Source of the DNA: Heteronotia binoei
Taxonomy: Eukaryota
Length of the DNA stretch: 64,000 nucleotides
NCBI RefSeq assembly: GCF_032191835.1
Contig: NC_083241.1
Location: 496,001 to 560,000 of the forward strand
Direction of reading: 5' to 3'
The notes under the pieces are model-generated. The model had not been told where the DNA came from and ran no database searches. It saw only the letters and a list, made by a program, of their open reading frames with translations. A program made the position numbers and the translations under genes. Below are positions 46,654 through 58,546 of this stretch, piece after piece. Each line of letters begins with the position of its first letter. Positions within the stretch are counted from its first letter, which is position 1.

Positions 46654-49600
46654 CAGGCGGAACCAGAGCCGGGCTGTGTCTGGAGGCAGCTGGCACCTAA
46701 CTGCGCCTTCCCTCCTGGCTGTAGAGAGCGGGTGACCCAGCACAACTGCTCCCGGGAACTCCTGGGCACAAAAACACCCTCGCCTCCTTGCCACAGCTGC
46801 GTTCCCAGAAACAGAGCAGAGTGGGGCGGGCCCAGCAGGAAGGAAGCTGCGGCGGAGCTGAACCCTGCCACACCTGCCGGGCTGGGCGAGCCACTGATTC
46901 ACCCACGGCAGGTGCTGGCCGACGTCACTGGGGAGTGCTGGTGACTACCTGCTTCGTCACTGGGCTGGCTCCTTCTCCCCAGCTGAAGCAGAGGCCGGGG
47001 ACACGCCCACCCTGCAAGGACAGCCCCCGTCAGCTGCAGCAGACCCCCGCCCTTTGCTCTCTTCACCTCAGGGTGCTGCTCGGCCTGCTGAGAGATAGCT
47101 GGGAGGCCCCCGAGGGTCTTCAGGATCCCTGTCTGTCCTGGTGGCGGCAGCCAGGCCCCCCCCCTCCCCGTTGTCTGTCATGAATCAACCACCTGCACTC
47201 AGGCGACCTTTCCTAGGGCTCTAGAGCAGGCCTGTCAAACTCATTAGTTATGAGGGCCGGATCTGACATAAATGAGACCCTGGGTGTGTCATAAAATGTC
47301 ATGCCGCATAGCAAAGATATAAACTTTATAAAGGACACAGACAAACACAAAGCTTTAAGAAAACCCACTTGAAATAAAACATGCTTAAAGTATTAGCACT
47401 CTTGCAATATTGTGGTCAGTTTCAAAGCAATTTCCTCCCCCCCCCCCACTTCCTCCCCAAGAGAGAAGCCTCATAGAGAGGCTTTGCTCTGTAGCTGCTG
47501 TGCAATTGAGCAAGCCTTGCAAAGCAAGCTGTGATGCAGAAGGAAGCAAGAGAGAGGGAGAAGGAAGCAGGTGACAGCCGGTTGCCCAAGGGCCTGATCC
47601 ATCCCCCGGCCACACTTCTGACACCCCTGCACTAAAGGATGGGTCTTCTTTCTGCCACTTTAAACACCAGCGCTGGAGAAGAGCAAGGCAGGCAGCCAGA
47701 CCAGTAGCTCCCCTGCCCTGCACCCCTTTCAGCCTGCCTGCAGGCCAGAGACAGAGCTGTGGGCCTGGGCAGGTGGCTGTGGCCCCTCGTCGCTCTTTCT
47801 GGATCCATCCATGACGCCTGAACCTCAGGGCCACCCCCCACCGGGGTTCTTGCTGGGAGGGGAGAGGAGGGATTCAGGGAGGGGCACAGAAGGTGGTGGC
47901 TGTTATCCGGTGGGGGGGAAGGAAAGACCTGCCTTGTGGGGTTCCACGCAGGCTTCTGCTGTCCCCTACCCTCTCTGTGTCCTTCTCAGAAATCCATCAG
48001 GGTTCCGGAGCCACTTGTGATCTGCATGCTGTTGACCCCCCCCCCCTCTCCTGCGCACTGCTTTCACCAGAAGGCTTCTGGGGGGCCCGTTCAAATGGCA
48101 AAGGATGAACAACCTGGATCTGAATCCTGACCAGATGGGGGTGGAGCTGGAAGGCCTTGAAGGATGCTGCGCTTCTCCCCCCCCCCCCGCCCCCAAATTG
48201 GACAGACTCCAGTTGACACTGGCTGGCTTAGTTCAGAGCCCTGGAGCTGTCCTGGAGGCAGAGTTGCGACTGGAGAGGGAGTCACAAGAAAGGCTTTCTT
48301 CCAGCTTCATCCCACGGGGAAAAGGGCTCTCAGGCTCTCAACCTTGACTCCGTCTGTCTCGCCATGTGGATCCTTGGCTCTGTGGTCCTGAGGCTGCTCT
48401 ACTGCCATGCACTCTACGTGGGCCTGCCCTTAAGGTCGTCTTGGAGACTCCAGCCTGTACTGAACGCCACAGCGTGGTTGCTGCTGGGAGCCAGGTGGAA
48501 CATGAACACAGCTCCCATTTGGTAGCCACTCCACCGGTTACTGATCAATTACCAGGTTCAGTCCAAGGCGACTGTCCTCACCTACCAAGCCCTCTGTGGT
48601 CTGAGACCTGCAGAGCTGCTGGGCCCAAGCTCTACCAGGGCAGCTTCTTCACTCGTTGGAGAAGAGCCTTCACTTGCCCCTATACTCTGTCCTTCCTTGG
48701 GGAGGGGCTGCCTGCTTCTAGCCTTTCCCAGCAAGTGCACAACAGAAAGATTCAGGCAGCATTGTGGCCAAGGGATTAGAACTGGAACCATTGTGGGGGG
48801 GAACTCTTTTGTAATGGAATTAGGATTGTAGTCCACTGGCAGGAACTCGCTTTGCAACTTTGCTTTCTACTTCGGCCGACTGGGCTCTGCTTAGGCAGTT
48901 GGTGGTTTGCATTGTCTTTTCCTCCTGTAATCCTGGTCCAACTGCACTGCTCACGGGACGTCTCCGGCTCTGTGACTACTTTATCTATTTATTTATTTTA
49001 GCAGGCTTATGCATAGCCTGCCTTCCCCACAGACTTCTGGAGTACAGGGAGACAAAGTCATGGGACAGTATGGGACACGGGAGAAATAATGCAAGTGGAG
49101 CAGGAGGACAACACAGGACAAAGCCAGCAGTCATGTGGCCACACTGTGTGAGTAAGCAGTGCCATAAACTGGGCGACTGAATTGTCCTGCAAGGGGCTGG
49201 GAATGCAGCGGAACGGCCGGGCGCAGCAAGAGAGAGGGGCCCAGGAATACAGCTAACAGAGGCATAAACTCAGGCAAGTCACCAGGCTGGTCTGAAAGAG
49301 TGGAACAAAGTCTGAGTCCAGTCGGGCACCTTTAAAGCCAATAAAAGTTTTTCCAAGGGATGAGCTTTTGTGTCACTTCCTCAGACACACTGAAATGGAA
49401 GTTAATGTTTCACGCATATTGGCAGACCAAGAGAAGGAGGGCAGGAAGGGCTGGCTGCATCAGGGTTTAGTTCTGGGAGGGGAAATGCTGATTGCCACTC
49501 TGGGGTCAGGTGGAGGTATCTGTGAGTTTTCTGCCTTGTGCAGGGGGACTAGATGAGCCGGGCTCAGGCTCAACCGGGTGCTGCTGACAAGCGGCCCCAG

Positions 49601-50559
49601 AGGGCATTTGCTGGCTCCGTTCAGAGTCCTGCAGCTCTAACCTCCCAGCTCGAAGATTCTGTCTATTTAGGCAGGTTTCCCCGGACTCAAAATTTGTTCA
49701 AAGGGGTAAACCGTGAAAGAGCTTTGTGCATTGGGCTGTTTTAAGGAATACAGGATTTGGGTTTTTTTCTGTTTTTGTATGTTTTTTCTGTCTTGCTGCA
49801 GTAAGTTTTGAGCTGCCTTTTGGGAGAGGTTAGACAAGCACATTTTCAACAAACAGATTCCTTTGCCAGAAAGCGGAGTCTTAGAAGGGCCCAACCAAAA
49901 TACACCAGAGTCAGAAAGGGCCGGTCAGACAGCTCTGCCACAAAATCTCCTGTTTGGCTGCACCAGACATCTGCAGCTCCCAAGAAGTGGGACCCCCGGA
50001 AGAGGGAAAGGGGTCTCCACTCCCAGCAAGACAGGTGGCCAAGAGCTGCTTTTGGGACCCCCAAAGGCCAGCGAGGAGAGCCAAGCCCCCCCCCCATAGC
50101 GTCCAGGCAGAGAGGGGCTGCCAAGAGAGCATCTGCACCCCCCTCCAGGCTCCTGGCCCATCTGCTCAGCGGGGGCCACTTCCCCTCTCCTGTGCCCGGC
50201 AGGGCAGGACCATCTCGCAGCTCCATAGGCAAAGGGTGTCAGTCTAGATGCCCTCACGGGTCCCCTTCCAACTCCTGTATTTCGGAAAGGCCCCCTCCCT
50301 CGCTGCTTCTCCCCTTCCCCGAGGCAGACCTGGCCGGGCCAAGCAGGGAAGGCTGCGGGAGGGGCGTCGAAGCAGCTGGGAGCCCCCCTCCCCGCCCGCG
50401 CGGCCGCTCACCGTAGCCCAGGCTCAGCCGCGGGCCCCTCGCCGCCGCCTCCGCCTCCTCCTCAGCCGCCCCCGCCAGCACGAGCACGAGCACGAGCAGC
50501 GGCGCCGCCGCCCAGAAGAGCGCGCCGGGGGTCCCGGGGGGGTGGCGGGGCGGCCCCAT
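34794..50559 (-). CDS. SEMA4B: Semaphorin-4B, about 848 aa (signal peptide, Sema, PSI, Ig-like, TM, PDZ-binding tail)
   Basis: Exons 50559-50412, 43313-43153, 42797-42735, 42610-42512, 41968-41857, 41692-41573, 41335-41178, 39350-39172, 38945-38795, 38532-38322, 36338-36223, 36028-35862, 35743-35664, 35575-34794 (2547 nt, open). Motifs [40 protein letters not shown]; C-terminus EIRDSVV*. The model uses the downstream acceptor for exon 8 and a GC donor after exon 11. Confidence 0.93.
39353..39642 (-). mobile_element. L1 3' fragment (about 290 bp, internally deleted) inserted into SEMA4B exon 8 with a 13-bp TSD
   Basis: Homologous to window positions about 5-240 and 391-470 of the large L1. 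TSD CCCACATCTCCCT at 39340-39352 and 39643-39655. Confidence 0.88.
40200..40453 (+). mobile_element. CR1 3' end
   Basis: Near-identical to 20372-20520 plus 20728-20826; ends CTTCTCTTATGTTCTTATG. Confidence 0.88.
43940..44085 (-). mobile_element. Old MIR-type SINE fragment
   Basis: CCCCATTTTATCCTCACAACAACCC..TGTGAGGTAGG...GATTCGAACC is the reverse complement of a MIR/CORE SINE. Confidence 0.6.
45354..45738 (-). mobile_element. CR1 3' fragment (different subfamily)
   Basis: AGAATCATAGAG..TTGGAAGGGAC...GGTCATCTAGTCCAACCCC is the reverse complement of a CR1 3' end with an (ATTCTATG)-type tail. Confidence 0.75.
46619..46652. repeat. (TG)n(AG)n microsatellite
   Basis: Read directly from the sequence. 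Confidence 0.9.
47227..47629. mobile_element. hAT (Charlie-like) MITE
   Basis: TIRs CAGGCCTGTCAAAC / CTGACACCCCTG, with degenerate 8-bp TSD CTCTAGAG / CACTAAAG. Confidence 0.7.
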
Positions 50560-51200
50560 GGCGCGGCGCTGGCTTCCACCGCGGCTCCTCCCGGCCCGGC
50601 CTCCCCGTCTGCAGCCGCCCGCTCGCTCTGCCTCCCTCCCTCCCTGGCCTCTCGAGGGGCGGGGCTCTCTTGTTCTCGCCCGCCCCCCCCCGGCGGCCCC
50701 AGGGAGCCCCGCGCCACCTCCCCGCCCCCCGACGGCACTGCTAGGAGGCACCGCCCCCCCCCCCCCCCCGCAGCAGGGCTTGCGCCCCGGAGCAGCCCCG
50801 AGTTGCGCCCTGGTGCTGCCAGCCGAGGAGCCCCCGCCCCGCCCCGCCTTTCAGGGCCCGGCTCTTTCTCACTGGCGGGGCGGGGCCGGGCAGCTGCTGG
50901 CACGCTCGACTGGCAAAGCTGGCTCCGCCGCGCCCGGCCCTTTCTCCGCAGCCTGGGCAGGCCGAGGCAGGCGCGCGGGGTTGATCTGCCCTGCCCTGCC
51001 CCGCCCCACCCCGCAGCAGCAAAGCCCTGCCCTGCCCTGCCCTCAACACCCCCTGGCCTGAGCCAGACCCCAAACCCGCCCCCCCCCGCTGGCCCTGCTA
51101 CGAGGCAAACTAGGTGGCTGCCTAGGGCGCCGGCCTTCGGGGCACTCTCATGGGGGGAGGCTGCCTGGTGTGAGCCTCGCCTAGGGTGCAGACAGTCTAG
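50250..51200. promoter_or_regulatory. CpG island / SEMA4B proximal promoter
   Basis: CpG-dense region around the ATG exon, with multiple GC boxes. Confidence 0.7.
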
Positions 51201-52822
51201 GGCCAGGCCTGCTGGCACCCCAAGGGCGTGGGGGGGGAGGGGCTCCGGACCTTCCTGCTTCCTGGGTTCGTCCTCACCCGCCTCCCCAGCAGGGCACCAC
51301 AGCAGCTGCAGGCCTCCTGCTGCTCTCTCTCTCAGGCTGAGAACGTGCAAGTGGATCAAGGCCTCCTAGTGATTCTCCATAGCAGAGCAGGGATTCGAAC
51401 CTGGGACTCACCTATCCCAGTCTCGCATTGCAGCTACTACTAAGCAGAGGAGCTGCAGAGCAGTATAGATTCAGGGGGGAGGGGGTCCCCGGGGTGGTCT
51501 GAAGCAGCAGAAGCGAGTCCAGCCAGGCACCTTGAAGACCGAAAGGGGGGGGGGGGCTGCAGGCACACAGAAGGTCAGGCCCAACTTTCACCTTGGTCGG
51601 TCTTCAAGGTACCTGGCTGGACTCAAACTTACAACAGCATCGCATTGCCTTGGTTTTAGAGGAGACCCATGCAGGTGCTTGCTCACCTCGCAAAGCCATC
51701 TTTGTCTCCCTCAGACTTGCCTGCCTGCCCGCCCTTCCGTCTCCCCGTTTATGGACACGCCTCCTTCTTCCTGAGGGCACCCCCTGCAGGGAGTGAATCC
51801 AGGGGGCAAGGCTGCCTTCCCGTGGTGGGAGCCAGAGGAGAGGGAAAGGGCTGTTCTTTGGGCATTGGCACCTCTGGCCTTTGCACTTGGCGCAGCAGCC
51901 GTCCAGGACCTTCTAGAGAGAATCCAGGGTTTCCGTCTTGTGAGCAGCCCTTGCCCCCACCTGGCCAGGCCCTGTCCTCACCTCCTCCTCCTCCGCTCGC
52001 TCTCAGAAGCTGGGCAGGCAGGTCAGCCCCGGCTAGCTCTTGTGGGCAGCAGGGGAGTCTGGGATTGCTCTGCAGAGCCCCCTCCGAATAACGTCTCTTG
52101 CCTTGAATCCCCCCCCCCCCGAAGCCAGCTGCCAGGAGCATCACAGCACCACCCCCCAAGAGGAAAAGACTCGCTGGCCACCTCCTCCTGCGGAGGTTGA
52201 CTGGCCGGCCGGTTCTGTTGGTCAGTTGGGTGAGCTGCAGCGCCAGCTGATCCATCATGCACCCCATAGGGCTGCCAAGAGGGACGTGCTCTGGACACAG
52301 CCTGCCAAGGTGGTCACTTGGGGGGGCTGTGGGGGGGGTCTCTGCACGGAGAGGCCTCCCTATCTAGCAGGGGATCAGGGTCTCCAAGGCAGGCCTGGAC
52401 TTGAGCAGAAACCCCAACAAGTGCTCATGGGCTTCTCAGGCACAGCTGGCAGGCGTGAATCAGGGCCATCTGGAGAGGGAATTATTCCTCTACGGGATCT
52501 ATGCATTTTAAAAATAACGGGCTGCACCATAAGTGCAGGGCACACCCAGGCGCACGCGCTAATTAACTATACTGGGAACAATAAATTTGCCATGGCAAAC
52601 TATATGCAGGAAGACAATAGGCAAACCGAAAGCAGCCGTGAGGCACGGATCAGCCCCCGAGCAAAGTTGTCCCCAGAAAAGTTCCCCCAGTGGAGGAGGC
52701 TGCTGTGGGGGAGGGCAGACCCAGGGCCATGGCGGGAGGCGCAATCCTGCCCCTTTCTGCATGGCCAGGCCAATGCTGCGTTTCTGAGGGGGGGTGAGGT
52801 CCCACCTAAGCTCTAGCTCTGG

Positions 52823-53133
52823 AACATGGTGGCCAAACTGGCTCTTTCACACCTCTTGTGTGGCTCTTGAAGCCCCCAGTACCCTGTCAGCCAGCTTGGA
52901 GAAAGCATTTGTCTCTTTAAATCAGTGGCATTTAAAGTTGCTTTCTTCCCACCTCTCCCCCCCCCCCCCGAAACCATTTGCCTGCCTGCCTGCCTTCCTT
53001 CCTGTCTCGGGGCTCTCAAACATCTGACATTCATGTCTTGTGGCTCTCAGACGTCTTCTCTTTTTTTTGGCTCTCAAACTTCTGACATTTATTCTATATG
53101 GCTCTTAAGTTGAGCAAGTTTGCCCCCCCCCCC
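52823..53133. mobile_element. hAT (Charlie-like) MITE
   Basis: Ends CATGGTGGCCAAACT / AGTTTGCCCCCCCC; shares its body with 29065-29250. Confidence 0.6.
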
Positions 53134-53164
53134 CCGCTGTGCGCATCCTCTGTGTGGAAGGCAA

Positions 53165-53390
53165 CAGGCCAGGCCAGCCTGATCACCTCCGATCCCAGAA
53201 GCCAAGCAGGGCCAGCTCTGGCAAGGACTTGGAGGGGAGACCTCCGAGGAATACCAGCAGTCGGGAAGGCAGAGGCAGGCTCTCTTCAGCCACTTCCCTG
53301 AATATCCTTCACGCTCCCAATAGGGGTCAGTCACCAGAGGTTGCCATGGCTTCCAGGTGCATGTGTGCGTGCTCACACACACACACACGC
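53165..53390 (+). mobile_element. 5S rRNA-derived SINE (SINE3 type) with (CA)n tail
   Basis: GATCCCAGAAGCCAAGCAGGGCCAGCTCTGGCAAGGACTTGGAGGGGAGACCTCCGAGGAATACC aligns to the 5S rRNA internal control region, followed by a non-5S body. Confidence 0.65.
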
Positions 53391-55527
53391 AATACAAACT
53401 AAGTCGGCAGTCCAGGCCCTGCAGGTAAGTAAACACAGCTAAGACAGACAGGAAAAGAGTAATAATAATAATAAGAAAGAAGAGCTTGGGCAGAGTCCCT
53501 CCTCAGAGCCACAGAATGTGGGAGGCTCCCTCTGTGACCTTGGTGACCCGGCTGTTGCCTCCTCTCCGGATGGTCCTGGGGCAATCTGGGTGCCTGACCT
53601 CATTTCTTCAAGGTCGAGCAATCTCCTACAGATGTGTCCAGTCCCAAAAGAAGAGAGGCTCCCCAGCCCCACATCAATGGCCCCATGCCTGCTGCCTGCC
53701 AGAGTTTCAAGCAAGTGATGGGTGGCCCTGGCGTTTATCCCAGACTCCCCCCCCCCCCCGCCCTAGGCCCACGTCATAAATCTGGACCCCACTCACTAGT
53801 CGCTGTCAGGGCCGAGCCAAACAAGTCCTCTGCTTGTTGGGTGAGGAGGTTGTGGTGGTCCACTCCATGGAGCTCACCATCCCAGCAGACCCCACCCCCC
53901 CGCCAGCTCCTGGGCCCTTGGGCTCCCAGCTTATGAACAAGAACTGGGCAGGGAGGTCACAGAAGAGCCCCTTGGCAAAGCCCACCCTTTGCCAGGGAGT
54001 AAATGGGCACCCCAAGAGGAGCCCCTGAGTAAAGGTTTGGTGGCAGATGGCCTGGTTGGAGGCCTGGCAGCTCTCCTCCTCCCACGAGGAGACTTGGGAC
54101 AACCCAAACCCACAAGGAGGGCTTGCGGAATCCTGGCCCCAGCCTCCCCCCCCGCCCCTGCCTTGGTGCTGGCTGCAAGCCCTGGCCTCCGCAGACAGCC
54201 TCAGGCCTTCCTGGGTGATGGGGGCAGGGCTCAGGGTGCCACCAGGTTTTGCCGCAGCTTGGAGCACCAGCAGGACAGGGGCCGGGGTTGACAATGGCGC
54301 AACTTGAAGCAAAATGAACTTCTTAAATTTATTCCAACGCGAGCCTCCACAAGAACTCACTGCATCAGACCCAACGATCTATGGACGCAACTGACAGGTA
54401 TGTGTGGGGGTGGGGGGGTGGGAAGAAGGGTGTTGCAAAGAGAGGCCAGTTCAAAACAAGATCCAAACCAAAGTGGGATCTGGCTCAGGTGTGCAGCCGT
54501 CCTGGTTTGAAGCAGCAGAACAAAGTCAGCCACCTTGAAAACCAACCAAGTTGTCTTGTGTGTGCAAACTCACAACAGCTCACACTGTGCAGAAAATGTT
54601 GGTCTTCAAGGAGCCACTGGAGTCAAAGAGTAATCCATTCCCTTGGAATGGGCGTGACGCTCCCAAGGGTTGTGGGTGTTTGTTTTTTAAAATAGGTAGA
54701 ATGTAAAGGTGAATGTGGGATGAAATCAGATAAGCAGATAAGATAGAAAGATCCGAGGGAACAGCTGAAGTCAGGAGGAGCACCTGTGGGTGGGGGGTTG
54801 AGAGACGAAGGAGCGCCTTTCTGAGGGTCCTCTGATGACCTTCTGGACAAAACAAGCGAGGCCTCCCAGGCTGAATTTGGGAAGGAATCCTAAACCAGCA
54901 AGTTCCCTTGGTATCTGGAAGCCCTTCCAAAGAAGAACAGGGAGTTGGAGACCTGCCAGTTTCAAAACGCTATGAGATGATGCCCTGCCAAGATGTCTCC
55001 ACTCAGGGCACTGGGGGTGTGATTGTCAAGCATCGATATTTCTCAATAAGTAGTCTTTTGTTTTAGTTCAAAGCTATTTTATTTTAGAAACTCAGAAGCT
55101 GTACAAGCCTTGGGAGTAATGACGTATACAGTGTTACACAGCTGCTATATAGGATATCTTCAAAGGTTACATCACAGATGCATACTTGAGTCACGGGTTC
55201 AAAGGCTGCTAAACATTATCTCTTTTCTTACTAAGGAATTTGGGCTACTAAAAACATCTTCCATTCTCACACTTCTCTAGCAGAAGATAAGAGCTGTCTG
55301 TGTGAACCTGTGGGAGAGGCGACTTGAAAGTGGTACCAGCCAGGCTGTAGCATAAACATCCTCGGGCCAGATGGATTTCCTTCTCCTCACCAAGGCTGGA
55401 GGTGCTTCAGAAGAGGCCAGGGGGCATCACTCCTCAGAGGCCACCTCCTGAGAGACAGCCACTTCCTGAAACCTCCCCAATATCTGGGCTGCAGCCTCCC
55501 CACCCCCCCAGCACTCACTTTTAAAAC

Positions 55528-55750
55528 TGTGTGTGTGCACGTGCAGATGCGCCTGGAAGTCATGACGGCCTCTGGCGACTGACCTCCCTGGGGGCCTGGA
55601 GGATATTCAGAGAGGTGGCTGAATAGAGCCTGCCCAGCCCTCCTGACTGCTGGTATTCCCAGGAGGTCTCCCATCCAAGTCTTTGCCAGAGTCAGCCCTG
55701 CTGGGCTTCCGAGATCTGATGAGGTCCCTGGGCTTGCAGGTGGGCTCTCC
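55528..55750 (-). mobile_element. 5S rRNA-derived SINE, second copy, inverted
   Basis: The minus strand reads GATCTCGGAAGCCCAGCAGGGCTGACTCTGGCAAAGACTTGGATGGGAGACCTCCTGGGAATACC, with the same body as 53165-53390. Confidence 0.65.
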
Positions 55751-55989
55751 AGGGCAGCAGCAGTCATTTTTGTGGCAGGGCCCAGTTAATTCTGTCAAGT
55801 GTCCAGCAGCTCAACAAGATCAGAGACACACGTAGGAAGGGCACAGCTGGGATATCCCATCTCCTCATCTGCAAGGAAAGGAACCAGATTAAATTAGTCT
55901 TCAACACATCCAAAAAGACTGCAGAATGCCCTTGTGGGTCTTAAGAACCTGGCTGGCCCCTCCTTCGAAGCCGTGGCAGGAGAGGTGAG

Positions 55990-56560
55990 AAAAAGTCCAG
56001 TGTCTCCCTGCGGCCCTCTCCCTTCCACAAACAGGGCCCTGAATGGATCCCCGCATAGCAGGCACTGAAGAGGGTCGGGTGACCTCTAGAGCATGGTTGG
56101 TGGAAAGACCAGGATGGCACTCAGCGTTCCACACAATGTTGTCCCGTAGAGCTATACAAGAGCATTACAATATGGGCCATTTCACCTCCAGTCCCTTTCC
56201 TAACAACCCCCAGCATGGAGTTCGCATTTTGCATGCTGGATTGGCATTTTCTTTGTTGTGCTGTCGCCCACCACAGCTCCAAGATCTCTTTCCTTCCCTC
56301 GACTGTCAGAAAGTTCTGGTGCTTTCTTCCAACATGCAGCAGCTTACACCTTCCTGCACTGAACTTCACCTGCCACACTGGAGCCCACCCAATTTAAAGA
56401 GACCCTCCAGGAGCTCTTCGCAATCTGACTGGCTTTTCACCATCCTGAATGATTTGGTATAACGGGCAGACTTGCCTGCTGTCCTGCTCACCCCAAGTCC
56501 AGATAATTTAGAAAGAAATGAAATTGTGACGTCTCAGTTCCTGACCCTTGTGGGACCTCA
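55990..56560 (-). mobile_element. Old CR1 RT fragment
   Basis: Degenerate WQVKFSAGRCKLLHVG and ANSMLGVVRKG motifs (ORF 56121-56378). Confidence 0.7.
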
Positions 56561-58546
56561 CCGCTCACTTCCCTCCTCTCAATTCACCGACTTTTAAACC
56601 AAAGGAGGACTTTTATCACATGACTGCTAAACTTCCTCAGGAGCCAGGAACTTTGTAAACAACCCCAAACTTTTGGAATTCCAAGTAGATGCCGTCTTCT
56701 GGATCGCCCTTGCCCACATGCCGGAGAACCCTCCAGGAGGGCGGTGAAGGGGGGCTTCCCTTTGTGGAAGCCATCCTGAGTCTCCCTTGGCAAGCCTTTT
56801 CCCTCAATGGGCCTAAGAAGTACGTGTGGGAGGCCAAGGAACGGAGCCAACCCCAGACCAAGGGGCAATGGCTGTGTAGCTGGCTGCAGGCTCTCCTACA
56901 TGCCCTCCCTTTCTGTGGGGGCTGCTGGCTGTTCAGCTTCAGTTCTCACTTCAGACATGCCCCCTTCAGCCTTCCCACCTCAGGAAGCAGCAGCAGCTCA
57001 GACTAGGCAGGCAGGCCCTCCTGTTCCCTGGGGAGAGGAGAGCACAGAGCCCCTGCCAGACCAGCCTCAGTTGCCACGGCAACCTGCTACTGGTGTGGGA
57101 CCCTCCTTTTGCCATGGCAACGGGAGCAGGAGAGAATGGCCCTGGCCGGTGGCTGCGGAGAGCCTGCCTGCGGGTCACTGAACATCCTGGAGGCCAGCCG
57201 GAGAGGGGAGGGGAGCCCCCCCAGGCTGGCCAGCTCCCAAGCAAGAGGCTCAGCGGCAGGGAGACCAGAAACCTTGGAACCTCCTCCAGAGGCTTTGGAA
57301 GCAGCCAATGGGTGGCAGGGGGGGGGGTCCACTTGTGCTCTGCCCATCTCCAGGAGTGGATCCTTGGGCAGTCCCAGGCAGACGGGCATGAGCCCAGGAC
57401 TGGCCAGAGAGCCCATCGTGGCAGGGCGGGGGACACAGAAGGGCACTGTGGGTGTTTCCAGACCCTCCTGGAATGGGGATGGGGGAAATGACCTGCAGTG
57501 GGTGGGAGTGACACGCTGAGGCAAGAGCGCCCCCTCCCCTTGGAAGCAGCAGCAGCTCAAAGGGCCCTTTCCCAGCCAGGCCAGAGGCTCTCGGGAGGCG
57601 TCCTGTTCAGTGCCGGATTAAACCCTAAGGAGGGAGGCCCCTGGGCAGACCAAATCTCAGGGAGTCTAAGTGCCCGCCCCACCGCCCAGGACCCCGCTGC
57701 AGCCTGCAGGCCCCTTCTCCAAAGCCCCTCTGCCGAAGCTGCAGGGGAGAGGCGGAGAGAGGCAAACTTGGCGAGGACAACAGCGGCAGCCCCACCAGGC
57801 AAGTCGGGCAAAGAGCGGCTCAGTTGCTGGCTGCGTGTGCAGGCTGGGAGGGCTGCAAGCAGGGGGGGAAGCTGGCCTGGGAGCCCATAGGCTGGTGTCT
57901 ACTTGTTAATCCAGCTCTGCTCCTGTTCCTCTTCCCCCCAAGGGGCAAGCCGCGGAGAGAGAGGACTCCTTCCTGCCTCACGGACAGTGCAGCTGTCAGC
58001 CCAGCCCTCCCCTCCCCTCCCCTTCGGGGACACAGAGGCTGTGAAGCAAAGAGACCCTTCCTCAGAAAACGCTTTAAGGACAAGGAGGGTGGCAGCAGGA
58101 GACCGCAGGGCTGGGAGCCTGACATAGGTGGGCAACGGAGCAAAGGAGATCTGCTCACACAAAGGAATCCCCAAGGCGGCCAGCAGCAGGGGGGCTCCGA
58201 AGTCCGTTGGGGCTAGAAGCTGACATCTGCACACCCAAAGGGCGGGCCCAGAATGAAATGTGGTTGGTCTTGAAGCTGCCCCTGGACTGAAACTTTGTGC
58301 TCTGTTGGAAGGAGCTCCCTCCCAGGAAGTGCACACTGGATGGCAGCCTGGATTTAAGATGTCCTGCTGCTGGGACAATGAGCCAATAGACAAGCCAGCC
58401 GGCAGGGATTTGGATCGGACTCTCCCGCTCATGATCCCGGGGCCTCCTCTGGGCCAAGCGTGCCCTCTGACCTCCGTGCTGCTACAGGCCACTGCGGCAA
58501 ACCGGACAGACCTTCCTCAGCCAGGCAGGCAGCTCTTGCACCAGTC

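Noticed and set aside
53165-55750. 5S rRNA genes
   Set aside because: They are diverged, lack the 5S 5' end and the T-run terminator, and continue into a SINE body.
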